DNA of 20,000 nucleotides from an uncultured virus (IMG/VR IMGVR_UViG_2799112477_000001) (IMGVR_UViG_2799112477_000001); one strand, 5' to 3'; shown: positions 1 to 7,320, numbered from the stretch's first letter. Translations and numbers: made by a program. The notes: generated by a model from the sequence alone, not told the origin.

Positions 1-32
1 ATCACCGTAATATTGGGATCCCATCATCCAAC

Positions 33-108
33 TGGAGCTTCGGGCAGGATTCGAACCTGCGCTACCTTCACCTACGGATGGTAGACTTGCCTATTATCTT
101 ACCGAAGC
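33..108 (-). tRNA. tRNA-like gene with non-canonical anticodon arm (identity uncertain; nominal anticodon TAG but no long variable arm)
   Basis: Minus strand: acceptor GCTTCGG/CCGAAGC, U discriminator, encoded CCA, T-arm GCAGG-TTCGAAT-CCTGC and a D-arm. The anticodon stem has an A-A mismatch and the loop CGTAGGT lacks U33. 76 nt. Confidence 0.7.
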
Positions 109-113
109 ACAAT

Positions 114-245
114 GTTGCAGCCATCATACAGACTACCATGTCATCTCAAATGTCTAGGATTCGAACCTGACTGTATGTGCGAAGGAATGCGCGCGTTTCG
201 CGACTGCAACTTGTCGTCTTACCATTTTGGCTTCACTCAACATTG
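114..245 (-). ncRNA. degenerate tRNA-like/structured RNA remnant
   Basis: Contains a T-loop motif CAGG-TTCGAAT-CCT, a D-loop-like GCCAAAATGGTAAGAC, and a long-range stem GTTGCAGTC/GGCTGCAAC. No clean cloverleaf. Confidence 0.3.
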
Positions 246-307
246 GTAACGCAGGGCCAGACGTACACCGCTGCGACTTAATCCCCCGTTGGCCTTCCGG
301 GTTGAGT

Positions 308-386
308 TGGAGCTTCGGGTAGGAGTCGAACCTACATACAACTGCGTTTGCATACAGTTTGCTCTGGCCAATTGCGCTACCGAAGC
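308..386 (-). tRNA. tRNA-like gene, Cys-like (GCA, U73) with expanded anticodon loop
   Basis: Acceptor GCTTCGG/CCGAAGC-T-CCA, T-arm GTAGG-TTCGACT-CCTAC, and anticodon stem AACTG/CAGTT enclosing 10 nt (TATGCAAACG). 79 nt. Confidence 0.7.
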
Positions 387-390
387 ATAT

Positions 391-484
391 TGGTGGAGAT
401 GCCCCGATTCGAACGGGGTGCGGGCTGTCATTAGTCGATTACCGTGAGCCCAGAGCCCGTGCATTGCCATTCTGTCACATCCCC
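391..484 (-). tRNA. tRNA-like gene with a large insertion in the anticodon/variable region
   Basis: Acceptor GGGGATG/CATCTCC-A-CCA and T-arm CCCCG-TTCGAAT-CGGGG. A central stem CGGGCT/AGCCCG encloses about 27 nt. 94 nt; anticodon not assignable. Confidence 0.65.
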
Positions 485-581
485 ATATTGCGACTGCTCC
501 CGCCTTGCAAGTCGCTGTACACGCTCTCACCGTTAACGTCTGCTCCTTTCAGTGGTTCGAACAAGTCCGCTTTTGGAAATC

Positions 582-710
582 CTAAAAATATAGCTGACGC
601 TTCTTTATTGTCGTCTTGTGTATGCACACCATATGCATACAAGCAAGGCAATCTAAATTAATTTTTCCTTTTGGAGCTTTTTTCTTACACTCATAACAAT
701 AACTATTCAT
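582..710 (-). CDS. small Cys-rich hypothetical protein (42 aa, MNSYCYECKK...)
   Basis: Manually translated. Strong RBS AAAGGAG, ATGA overlap with the upstream ORF, CxxC motifs. Confidence 0.5.
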   Translation of the reverse strand: MNSYCYECKKKAPKGKINLDCLACMHMVCIHKTTIKKRQLYF

Positions 711-862
711 CGTCTGCTCCTTTCATCCATGAGAGACTTGAAAAATTCTTCTACTCTTTTGGACACATCTTTGTCCGTAGTCTCAAAGGTGAGCACATCC
801 ATTTTTATCGTTGTACCGTCTTTTCGTTCAACAGCCTTAACGACCTTGTACCAACTACTCAC
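707..862 (-). CDS. small phage-type hypothetical protein (51 aa, MSSWYKVVKAVERKDG...)
   Basis: Manually translated. GTG start after AAAGGAG; the stop overlaps the next ATG. Confidence 0.55.
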   Translation of the reverse strand: MSSWYKVVKAVERKDGTTIKMDVLTFETTDKDVSKRVEEFFKSLMDERSRR

Positions 863-879
863 CGCCTGCTCCTTTCCGC

Positions 880-1683
880 TCAAGGCTCGTCCTTTTCTCC
901 GTCCGAACAGTAATACATATCAAGGTTATCATCAACGAATTGTGAAATGTCGTGGTAAATCACGCAGTTTACGCCGAAGAGATTGACCATTGAGGCAACG
1001 CTTATTAACAGCACCTTGTTCTCATCGGTCTGAAAGACTTCTTTTGGAAAAGAGCTATCCTTTTTAATGGCGTCTGTGAGAGCTGCTACGCAGCTCACAA
1101 CCTTTTCGGTAGGACCATTCTCGTCTTCCTCATAATTGACGGATGATAGTGTGCTTATGTTCGACACGAGCGAGTTCCAAGCGTCTGCATAAGTTTCATC
1201 AGAGGCGGTGCTTAAAAATTCACGCATTTCTCGTTCTGTCGCGTCCCTGAAGATAGTTTTAACAGACGAATGTGCCTTCAGAGAGGATTCCAACTCTCTT
1301 AATGCTGTGATTAAATCCAAGTTGTTGCTACCGCAATTAGAACAATAATGCTTGCCGTGAAGTTCAGGCGGCTGCATTCCTTCTATCGCTATCCACTCCA
1401 TTTGCGGCCTATCAGCAGCAGGGGCATTCTTGACCACTCCGTATGCTTCCTTTATGCCGCACCATTTCGGATCGTGCAGACCGTTTTCGTCTACTTCGGA
1501 GTATTCGTCAAGCAGATCCGAAAGCTCGAGGAGTATATAGTTCTTACTGGTCAGATCACCGGCTGAGAAATCAAACAGAGCGTTCTGCAGCCGGTCAATG
1601 CACTGTTTGTATCCGAGATTCTCTTCGCAATACAGGCAGCCGGTTTCGTTGCTTCCAAGCCTACATTCGCCGCATCTACTCAT
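880..1683 (-). CDS. phage-type hypothetical protein, acidic, with CxxC motifs
   Basis: ORF track 880..1701. Probable start is the ATG at 1683 after RBS AGAAAGGA. CGEC/CLYC/CSNC motifs suggest Zn ribbons. Confidence 0.65.
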   Translation of the reverse strand: MSRCGECRLGSNETGCLYCEENLGYKQCIDRLQNALFDFSAGDLTSKNYILLELSDLLDEYSEVDENGLHDPKWCGIKEAYGVVKNAPAADRPQMEWIAIEGMQPPELHGKHYCSNCGSNNLDLITALRELESSLKAHSSVKTIFRDATEREMREFLSTASDETYADAWNSLVSNISTLSSVNYEEDENGPTEKVVSCVAALTDAIKKDSSFPKEVFQTDENKVLLISVASMVNLFGVNCVIYHDISQFVDDNLDMYYCSDGEKDEP

Positions 1684-1786
1684 ATTTTGTCCTTTCTGCA
1701 CTTTGTTTTTTCCTTAATTGGCATGAGCTGAGAGAACTGACGACCGCCACCCAAGTTTTATCGTCGATGGGTTTCTGTGTCATCAT
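1676..1786 (-). CDS. small hypothetical protein (36 aa, MMTQKPIDDKTW...)
   Basis: RBS GGAGAAAGGA directly upstream; the stop overlaps the start of the next gene. Confidence 0.4.
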   Translation of the reverse strand: MMTQKPIDDKTWVAVVSSLSSCQLRKKQSAERTKYE

Positions 1787-1834
1787 ATCCTTTCTCCTTG
1801 TAGACATATAGCGGCTAAACCACTCTCAGCTCAC

Positions 1835-1942
1835 TGGAGGGGACGGACAGCCTCGAACTGTCATCAACCGCCGAGTATGCCTCTCGGCTGTTTATCGGGG
1901 AGCATACCTCCTAAAGCATTCCGCCAATTATGCTACCGAAGC
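1835..1942 (-). pseudogene. chimeric/degenerate tRNA-like element
   Basis: The 5' end GCTTCGGTAGC plus D-arm resembles 308-386. It has a long variable hairpin GCCGAG/CTCGGC, T-arm GACAG-TTCGAGG-CTGTC and 3' TCCA, but the acceptor halves do not pair. Confidence 0.55.
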
Positions 1943-2051
1943 GCAATTCAGTTTCACCTGTTTTGACACGTCGTTAACCGAAAAAGGAAGCGCAACCAAG
2001 TTTCTCTCTTAATGCTGCAACTATGTGCTTGGAAATGATTGCAGCCTGAGG

Positions 2052-2124
2052 CAGGGAGTAGAGGAGTCAAACCTCTGTCTGCGGCCATGGTTCTCGCCGC
2101 TCTTCACCGCTAAGCTAACTCCCT
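2052..2124 (-). pseudogene. degenerate tRNA-like element
   Basis: Acceptor AGGGAGT/ACTCCCT, D-arm TAGCTTAGCGGTGAAGAGC, T-arm AGAGG-TTTGACT-CCTCT. The anticodon stem is broken and the 3' end is CCT rather than CCA. Confidence 0.55.
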
Positions 2125-2132
2125 ATACGTAA

Positions 2133-2173
2133 GTTTGTACTTATATTGTACAATCGGTTTGTACTTATGTCAA
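2133..2173 (-). promoter_or_regulatory. sigma-A promoter for the tRNA-like/small-ORF cluster, overlapped by 12-bp direct repeats
   Basis: TTGACA (2173-2168), N17, TACAAT (2150-2145). GTTTGTACTTAT occurs at 2133-2144 and 2157-2168; palindrome ATTGTACAAT at 2145-2154. Confidence 0.8.
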
Positions 2174-2201
2174 GCAATCCATCGGATAGGTTTTGTTAGT
2201 G

Positions 2202-2236
2202 AAAGAAAAGACCGCTTTTCAGCTGAAAGCTGTCTC
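2202..2236 (-). terminator. intrinsic terminator after the 2251..2505 gene
   Basis: Hairpin AGACAGCTTTC-AGCTG-AAAAGCGGTCT followed by TTTCTTT on the minus strand. Confidence 0.55.
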
Positions 2237-2250
2237 TATCAAAGGGTGGT

Positions 2251-2505
2251 CTAATTTATCTGTACTTGTATGCGTGCAACATATCGGCTAATACCATAAC
2301 GCTGCTCGCAACGCTCAACATGATTGGTGGCAGTCTTCAGCACGGCTCTCTGGAAGGGCGTGTCTTTGACAGCAAGCTGTCTCTTCGCAGCTTTTTCCAT
2401 GAGCAGCATCGTGCGCATTCTGTCGAGGGCATACGCCTCAACAGCAGCTTCATCCAGCCAGTCAGGCTCTTCAGCTTTATACGGATTATATTCCATTTCT
2501 GCCAT
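2251..2505 (-). CDS. hypothetical protein
   Basis: 84-aa ORF with a strong RBS AAGGAGGTG upstream. Confidence 0.7.
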   Translation of the reverse strand: MAEMEYNPYKAEEPDWLDEAAVEAYALDRMRTMLLMEKAAKRQLAVKDTPFQRAVLKTATNHVERCEQRYGISRYVARIQVQIN

Positions 2506-2545
2506 CGCTATGCACCTCCTTGTCGTAATTATAAAAGAGGGTATT

Positions 2546-3367
2546 TCAATTCGTTTTCCAGCTTGATCCTGTCACATAGTCTATGGATATCCCTGGCTCT
2601 ACGTTATAGCAGAAAACGTTGATATGAAACTTCGTTCCTCTGCTCTCTACGTCGCCTGCTTCGATATGTACGCCTCTACAGACCAGCTCGTTGCCTTTGA
2701 AGACAGGAGTTGCACGGTATAGGATCCTTCCGCCCTTTCTCAGGAGCCAGTTCTGCGTAGCTTTCTCCGCATAGGACAGCTGACCATCGACATTCATATA
2801 TTCAGTGCCTGTGACAAGGTTCCTCGGATCATCTGTAATCCCTGAGACCGCATACATTATGAGGTGGCAGCGGTTGTACAGCCATCCGCTGTTTCTGCTG
2901 ATTAGGTCAGGATATTGCGCCTGGTTCCAGCCTGAAGGAGTGACATGCGACAAGTCAAAGTCTCTTTCCCCTTCCGGTATCGTGTCTTTTCCAAGTGAAG
3001 CTTCACACGCACCGCATCTGCCGAGCCAGTCGAGCTCGGACAATTCTATATACATAGATTCTGCTTTCTTGTAATCCTCTTCCGTGAATTCCGGTTTGTT
3101 CCCGTTCAGGACATAGGTTGGTGTACCGGAGTATTCAGGGATAGAATCCAGAAGGCTGCTCTTTTCTGTCTGCATTGGAGCGGGTCTGTTTTCTGCCTGT
3201 TCAGCAGATTTGTCTATATCCTGTATGCTTCCGAACTCACCGGGAGGATCCACTATCACAGAGTGCTGTCGCATCGTATATATGCCCGCACCAATGACTA
3301 GCAGCATAATCAGCAGCATTCTTACTGTTCTGTATAATTTTTCTTTCTTGCTGTATGGATATTTCAT
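2546..3367 (-). CDS. membrane-anchored DNA/RNA non-specific endonuclease (EndA/DNA-entry nuclease-like, ββα-Me)
   Basis: N-terminal basic plus hydrophobic anchor; NRCHLI (DRGH-type) motif, NLVTGTxxMN, YRATPVF and YNVEPG, all typical of this family. Confidence 0.85.
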   Translation of the reverse strand: MKYPYSKKEKLYRTVRMLLIMLLVIGAGIYTMRQHSVIVDPPGEFGSIQDIDKSAEQAENRPAPMQTEKSSLLDSIPEYSGTPTYVLNGNKPEFTEEDYKKAESMYIELSELDWLGRCGACEASLGKDTIPEGERDFDLSHVTPSGWNQAQYPDLISRNSGWLYNRCHLIMYAVSGITDDPRNLVTGTEYMNVDGQLSYAEKATQNWLLRKGGRILYRATPVFKGNELVCRGVHIEAGDVESRGTKFHINVFCYNVEPGISIDYVTGSSWKTN

Positions 3368-3403
3368 CTATTTCTGTTCTGTTCGTCCATTTTGCCGCGC
3401 AGA

Positions 3404-3566
3404 ATCTACATATTATATATAGTAGAGATTTTTGTTTTGAGTCGGTAAATACTTCAGCACCGGCAGACCTTCCCGGAAGTAGAGATTTTGCGACAAGCAA
3501 CAAGCACAAGTACCTATCTACACCATGCGCATATATATGATATCCCTGCGCAGGCAAGTAGAGATT
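3404..3566 (-). CRISPR. atypical Cas12a mini-array 1: three handle units (3516-3566, 3447-3487 degenerate, 3404-3430)
   Basis: Minus-strand AATCTCTACT...GTAGAT handles (canonical Cas12a is AATTTCTACT...GTAGAT) with loops of 36 nt and 12 nt. The middle copy ends GTATTT but still pairs TACTTC/GAAGTA. The array begins 35 nt after the cas12a stop. First spacer region is AGGTACTTGTGCTTGTTGCTTGTCGCAA. Confidence 0.75.
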
Positions 3567-3600
3567 TTTAGCGGAAGCATGCTCTGCCGCGCTGTCAATG

Positions 3601-6600
3601 TTACTGTTCCTGTATATGCTGCAGCCAGTCGCTGCTTGATATAGACAGAGATACAGGTTTTGTCGTTTTGTCCCCTGCCCGTGCTGTCAGAGCTTCTTCT
3701 GACGCGCTCTTGATTCTATTGACTATCATCAGCCCCTTGCGGGCAATGTTGTATGCGCTATTATCGTCCTTTGGCGCTTCGAAGAAGCTTCCCGTGGCCA
3801 GATCCATGATTGGTGAAACGATATTTGATCCTGTGCGCATCTGTACGATGAGGCCAAAGAGCGCAAGAAGTTCTTCGTGGAAACTCTTATCGGTCATGCT
3901 GCACAGAGCTTCTCTGAGGTCCTCTGAGCTTTCATCGATACCGTGGTCGTTCAGAAGGCCTGTGATCGACTCCGTCAGATTGATAGGCTTATAGTTTATG
4001 CCTTTATCTCCTCTGACCGCACGGATCCGCTCTCCATGTGAGAAAACGCTCCATTTCATCCTGCAGCCATCGAGCTGCTTCAGCCTGTTCTCGCTTATAA
4101 AGTAGCTGTAGTCGAAGTCGAATCTGTACGCCCTGACCTCTTCGTCGTAAACGATCCTGTCAAAGGCGTGCCAGAAGGCTTTGGCTGCGGGGATGTTTGT
4201 GTATCTGGTATCAAACAGGTTCACAAATCCTGTATTCGAATCTATTTCTGTGATCTTCCACGGCGAAACGTAGAAGATAAAACCTGTCTGTTTTCCGATC
4301 TTGTCGAAGCTTTCGAACGGAGCTGTCAGCTGATAAGCTCTGTAGATCCCGCCCGGTTCATCCGGTTCAGCGGATTTGTTTACAAGCAGATTCAGCTTGC
4401 TTATAAGGCGTGCTTCAAGCTGCTGATATACAGCTTTTTCTATCTTCTGGCGCTGCTGTTTGAACCCGAGGCTCATATCCTCGATCGCTATTACTGCGTC
4501 GTATTTGAGCATAAGGTCGGCAAGGATGCGCACGACCTGCCCGATGTAGCCGTCTTTAAGCTGCTTTATGCCCTCTACTGATTCCCAGCTCTTTCTTTCA
4601 GCCATACGCTGGAGTTCTCTGCTTTCAAGGAGCTTCGCATAGTCGGTCTTCTTAGGCTTACTGCCGGAAGCCTGCTCTATGACGTTGAGAGATCTGTTCT
4701 CTAAAACATTTCCCTTTGGGTCAAGGACGCAGAGCTGGATGAGATTGTTTTCTCCCCTGCTCACACCGATGACATGTACGTTGTCTTCCTTCTTTATAGC
4801 GAGTCTCGCTTCGGTGTTGATAAAGCTGAAATTCGTTGCGGAAGCATTTATGGTGATCGGCACGTTGAGCTGAAATTTGTTTACCGTGAATCTGCGGTCC
4901 TTTACGATGTCATACTTAAGGACCTTGCTCCTCTTCGGATTCAGAGGGTTCTTTGCTGCTACTACATCGCCTGCCCTGTGGATCACGGCATCTTCCGGTT
5001 TTATGGATGCCTGTCTGAAGAAAAGTTCTGCTCCTCCGTTGAGTCTGCAGATCGGGGGCTCCCCGTTTCTAGGATCAAACAGTGCTCTCCAGTAAATAGT
5101 TGACAGGTCCGGTTTGCCGTATGCCTTGTTGCTGAAATCCCTGTGCCAGATTTCGAAGAGATAGAGCTGCCCGTTCTCTACAAGCTCGTTTACGACAGCT
5201 GTATCTATCGGTCTGTACTTTAGCGAATATCCTGCTGTTTCTACTTCACGGAAGAAGCATGAGATATCCTCGTAAGCAGCAGTTTCCGAGAATTTAAAGG
5301 AGAACATCTGCCATGCGTCCGTGACTGCGATACAGTCCTTGTAGAAGTCGATGAGCCTGTGGCAGTCTTCAAGGCTGAAGTCTTTTCCCTTCTTGAAGGT
5401 GCCACTCTTGTAAATGCGCATGATGTCTTCTGAAGGTTTGTAGTTTTCGATCCCCTTTCTGGAGAAGATAACGTGCGGAAGAGCTTTGTTGGCTCCGGTC
5501 AGCAGGTTGTACCTCATCTTCATATAGACATCGTCCGTTACTGCTTCAGGGACCTTTTTGAACAGGTTGCCCTGCCCTTTTGCAATGATCCCAAGATAGT
5601 ATTTGCCGTCTTTCAGAAGCAGCGTTCCGAGCTTTGCGCTTTCAACGCTTTCCGCCCAGCCGTCGAGGAGGAGGGAAGAACCGAAGTTGAGTTTGACCTT
5701 TTCAGTCGTATATATCTTGCCTGAAAGGTAGTTTCTGGTTTTGTTGTAGATGGAAGTAACAGCATTCAGCGCGTCCATCAGCGGCTCATAATCTGTGTAG
5801 AATGCGAGATCTTTGTCTCCCGTCCTGACGGAAAGGTTCTCTGTAGAGCGTCTGATGTTCAGGGCCGCGTCAAGGTATTCCTTTATAACGGCTTTTGCCT
5901 TGCTGCTGCTTTTGAGGCTTCTTGGCTCTGAGCCTCTCATCTGAAGGAATGCGAGGAGGTCTCTTCTTGCCAGATCGAAAGACATCTTGCAGAAGCCTGC
6001 CTCGCCCGTTATGTATGTCGACAGCTTCCCGTCTATTCCCGGAATGATATCCAGTTCTCCGATGCTGTAATACTCTTTCTTTCTCAGCGCTGTGTCTTTC
6101 TGCTTACGGTATGCTGCGGAACGGCGCCTCTTTTCGGTCACATCCTGTTCGAAATCGTATTTATCCCCGAGAAGATCTTTCATCTTACTCCAGGATCCGA
6201 GCATCTTATTCGATATGTCATTCAGAGCTTTTGTCCTGATGTATATTCCGTTAAGATCGTAGCCTCCTATGGAGCTTATGAGGGCCGTCATGCCTTCCGC
6301 TGCAGGCCTGAAGAGCTCATCCAGCGCGAGGAGCGCGTCTATTACCTCATCGTCTTCTCTGAACGCTTCAGGGATGAACGAGAGTGTCGTTCTGTCGCTC
6401 AGGATCTGCTTTTTCAGAGGTGTCAGCTTGGGAAGACGGTCTTCTTTGCTTTCAGCTGCCTGATTTGCCAGGTTGATGTATTCGTTCAGGCCTTTTATCT
6501 TAGTCCCGTCTTCTTTTGCAAAGCCGCCGATAAGCTGGTTGTATCTGTCTATGCCGCTCTGGGCCATTACCTTGCTGAAGCCTTCAACGGAGAAGGAGTC

Positions 6601-7254
6601 AGACATGCTGTCATCGCCAAGCAGTGCAGCTAGTTCTTTTTCAGCTGTCTTTATATTGTCCGGGAGAACTTCTGAGATCCTCGTGAATTTCCTGTGGTTA
6701 TCGAGGAAGATAGGCAGGTTGTCGTCTATGATCCTGCCGGCGACCGAACCACTCTTTCCGGAAGCGTCATATATGAGCCTCCTGTTATTGTGGTATCCGG
6801 TGAAGTAAGATGCGAATCCTTCAAAGCTGCTTATAGCTGCCATTGCTTCTGCGTCATTCTCATACATAGCAGGAAGAAGCTTGTCGAAGAGATCCGCCTT
6901 AAAGAGGTCGTTATAGCCTTTTGCGCCTGTGAGATCATTTGATATATTCTCAGTCATGCGCCTTGCGAGGTCATTCATTTCCTCTCTGGCCTCATCGCCC
7001 TTTTCCGGGTGGAAGTAGAGATCTGCATATGCGGTAAGATCGCTCCCGAGGGAAAAGCCATTAAGAGTATTTTCTATGTGGGTTTTGTGGAGCCCGTCTA
7101 TGAGCTTCTGGACTTTCTTCTTTTCCTCTGCCCGTCTTGTGTCCTCTTCTATGATCCCCCGCTCTTCGATGTATTCGAGGGTCTTCCCCTGCGGGATCAG
7201 GCCGAATCTAAGCGTTTTGCTGATCTTGTAAAGATTTGTGAAATTCTCGTACAT
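3601..7254 (-). CDS. cas12a: type V-A CRISPR effector Cas12a (Cpf1), predicted DNase-dead (RuvC-I Asp to Ser)
   Basis: N-terminal FTNLYKISKTLRFGLIPQGKTLE, KGLNEYINL, LKKQILSD, YNKTRNYL, GQLYLFEIWHRDFS, LNGGAELFFR, KDRRFT, KQTGFIFYV and AYNIARKG. RuvC-I reads GVSRGENNL (S832); E925 and D1163 are retained. Confidence 0.95.
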   Translation of the reverse strand: MYENFTNLYKISKTLRFGLIPQGKTLEYIEERGIIEEDTRRAEEKKKVQKLIDGLHKTHIENTLNGFSLGSDLTAYADLYFHPEKGDEAREEMNDLARRMTENISNDLTGAKGYNDLFKADLFDKLLPAMYENDAEAMAAISSFEGFASYFTGYHNNRRLIYDASGKSGSVAGRIIDDNLPIFLDNHRKFTRISEVLPDNIKTAEKELAALLGDDSMSDSFSVEGFSKVMAQSGIDRYNQLIGGFAKEDGTKIKGLNEYINLANQAAESKEDRLPKLTPLKKQILSDRTTLSFIPEAFREDDEVIDALLALDELFRPAAEGMTALISSIGGYDLNGIYIRTKALNDISNKMLGSWSKMKDLLGDKYDFEQDVTEKRRRSAAYRKQKDTALRKKEYYSIGELDIIPGIDGKLSTYITGEAGFCKMSFDLARRDLLAFLQMRGSEPRSLKSSSKAKAVIKEYLDAALNIRRSTENLSVRTGDKDLAFYTDYEPLMDALNAVTSIYNKTRNYLSGKIYTTEKVKLNFGSSLLLDGWAESVESAKLGTLLLKDGKYYLGIIAKGQGNLFKKVPEAVTDDVYMKMRYNLLTGANKALPHVIFSRKGIENYKPSEDIMRIYKSGTFKKGKDFSLEDCHRLIDFYKDCIAVTDAWQMFSFKFSETAAYEDISCFFREVETAGYSLKYRPIDTAVVNELVENGQLYLFEIWHRDFSNKAYGKPDLSTIYWRALFDPRNGEPPICRLNGGAELFFRQASIKPEDAVIHRAGDVVAAKNPLNPKRSKVLKYDIVKDRRFTVNKFQLNVPITINASATNFSFINTEARLAIKKEDNVHVIGVSRGENNLIQLCVLDPKGNVLENRSLNVIEQASGSKPKKTDYAKLLESRELQRMAERKSWESVEGIKQLKDGYIGQVVRILADLMLKYDAVIAIEDMSLGFKQQRQKIEKAVYQQLEARLISKLNLLVNKSAEPDEPGGIYRAYQLTAPFESFDKIGKQTGFIFYVSPWKITEIDSNTGFVNLFDTRYTNIPAAKAFWHAFDRIVYDEEVRAYRFDFDYSYFISENRLKQLDGCRMKWSVFSHGERIRAVRGDKGINYKPINLTESITGLLNDHGIDESSEDLREALCSMTDKSFHEELLALFGLIVQMRTGSNIVSPIMDLATGSFFEAPKDDNSAYNIARKGLMIVNRIKSASEEALTARAGDKTTKPVSLSISSSDWLQHIQEQ

Positions 7255-7279
7255 GGTGTGGCTGGTTCCTTTCGCTTAT

Positions 7280-7320
7280 AAAAAAGTGCGGTCCGTCTGT
7301 TCCGGGGCTCCGCACTTTTG
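7280..7320 (-). terminator. terminator-like hairpin in the cas12a 5' leader
   Basis: AAAAGTGCGG...CCGCACTTTTTT on the minus strand, about 25 nt upstream of the cas12a ATG. Confidence 0.55.

Larger units (their letters stand above)
537..876 (-). repeat. three copies of the 14-bp RBS-containing motif GAAAGGAGCAGRCG (537-550, 711-724, 863-876)
   Basis: Direct repeats read in the sequence. Two immediately precede start codons (GTG at 862, ATG at 710). Confidence 0.75.

Noticed and set aside
237..530. 97-aa minus-strand ORF
   Set aside because: It runs through two tRNA-like genes and its composition is not protein-like.
2157..2172. TTTG-TACTTATG in the tRNA promoter as a target of array-1 spacer AGGTACTTGTG
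   Set aside because: The match works only with a 3-nt register shift and covers 7 of 8 nt, which is not significant.
3237..3557. 106-aa ORF (and the 3355..3540 + ORF) over the mini-array
   Set aside because: They overlap the CRISPR handles and the nuclease gene, with no RBS or recognisable motif.
3601..7254. Alternative assignment as Cas12a2, Cas12k (CAST) or TnpB
   Set aside because: Size and collinear motifs match canonical Cas12a, including the REC, PI and Nuc regions. There is no tnsB/tnsC/tniQ in the window, and the resolvase is a generic small serine recombinase.
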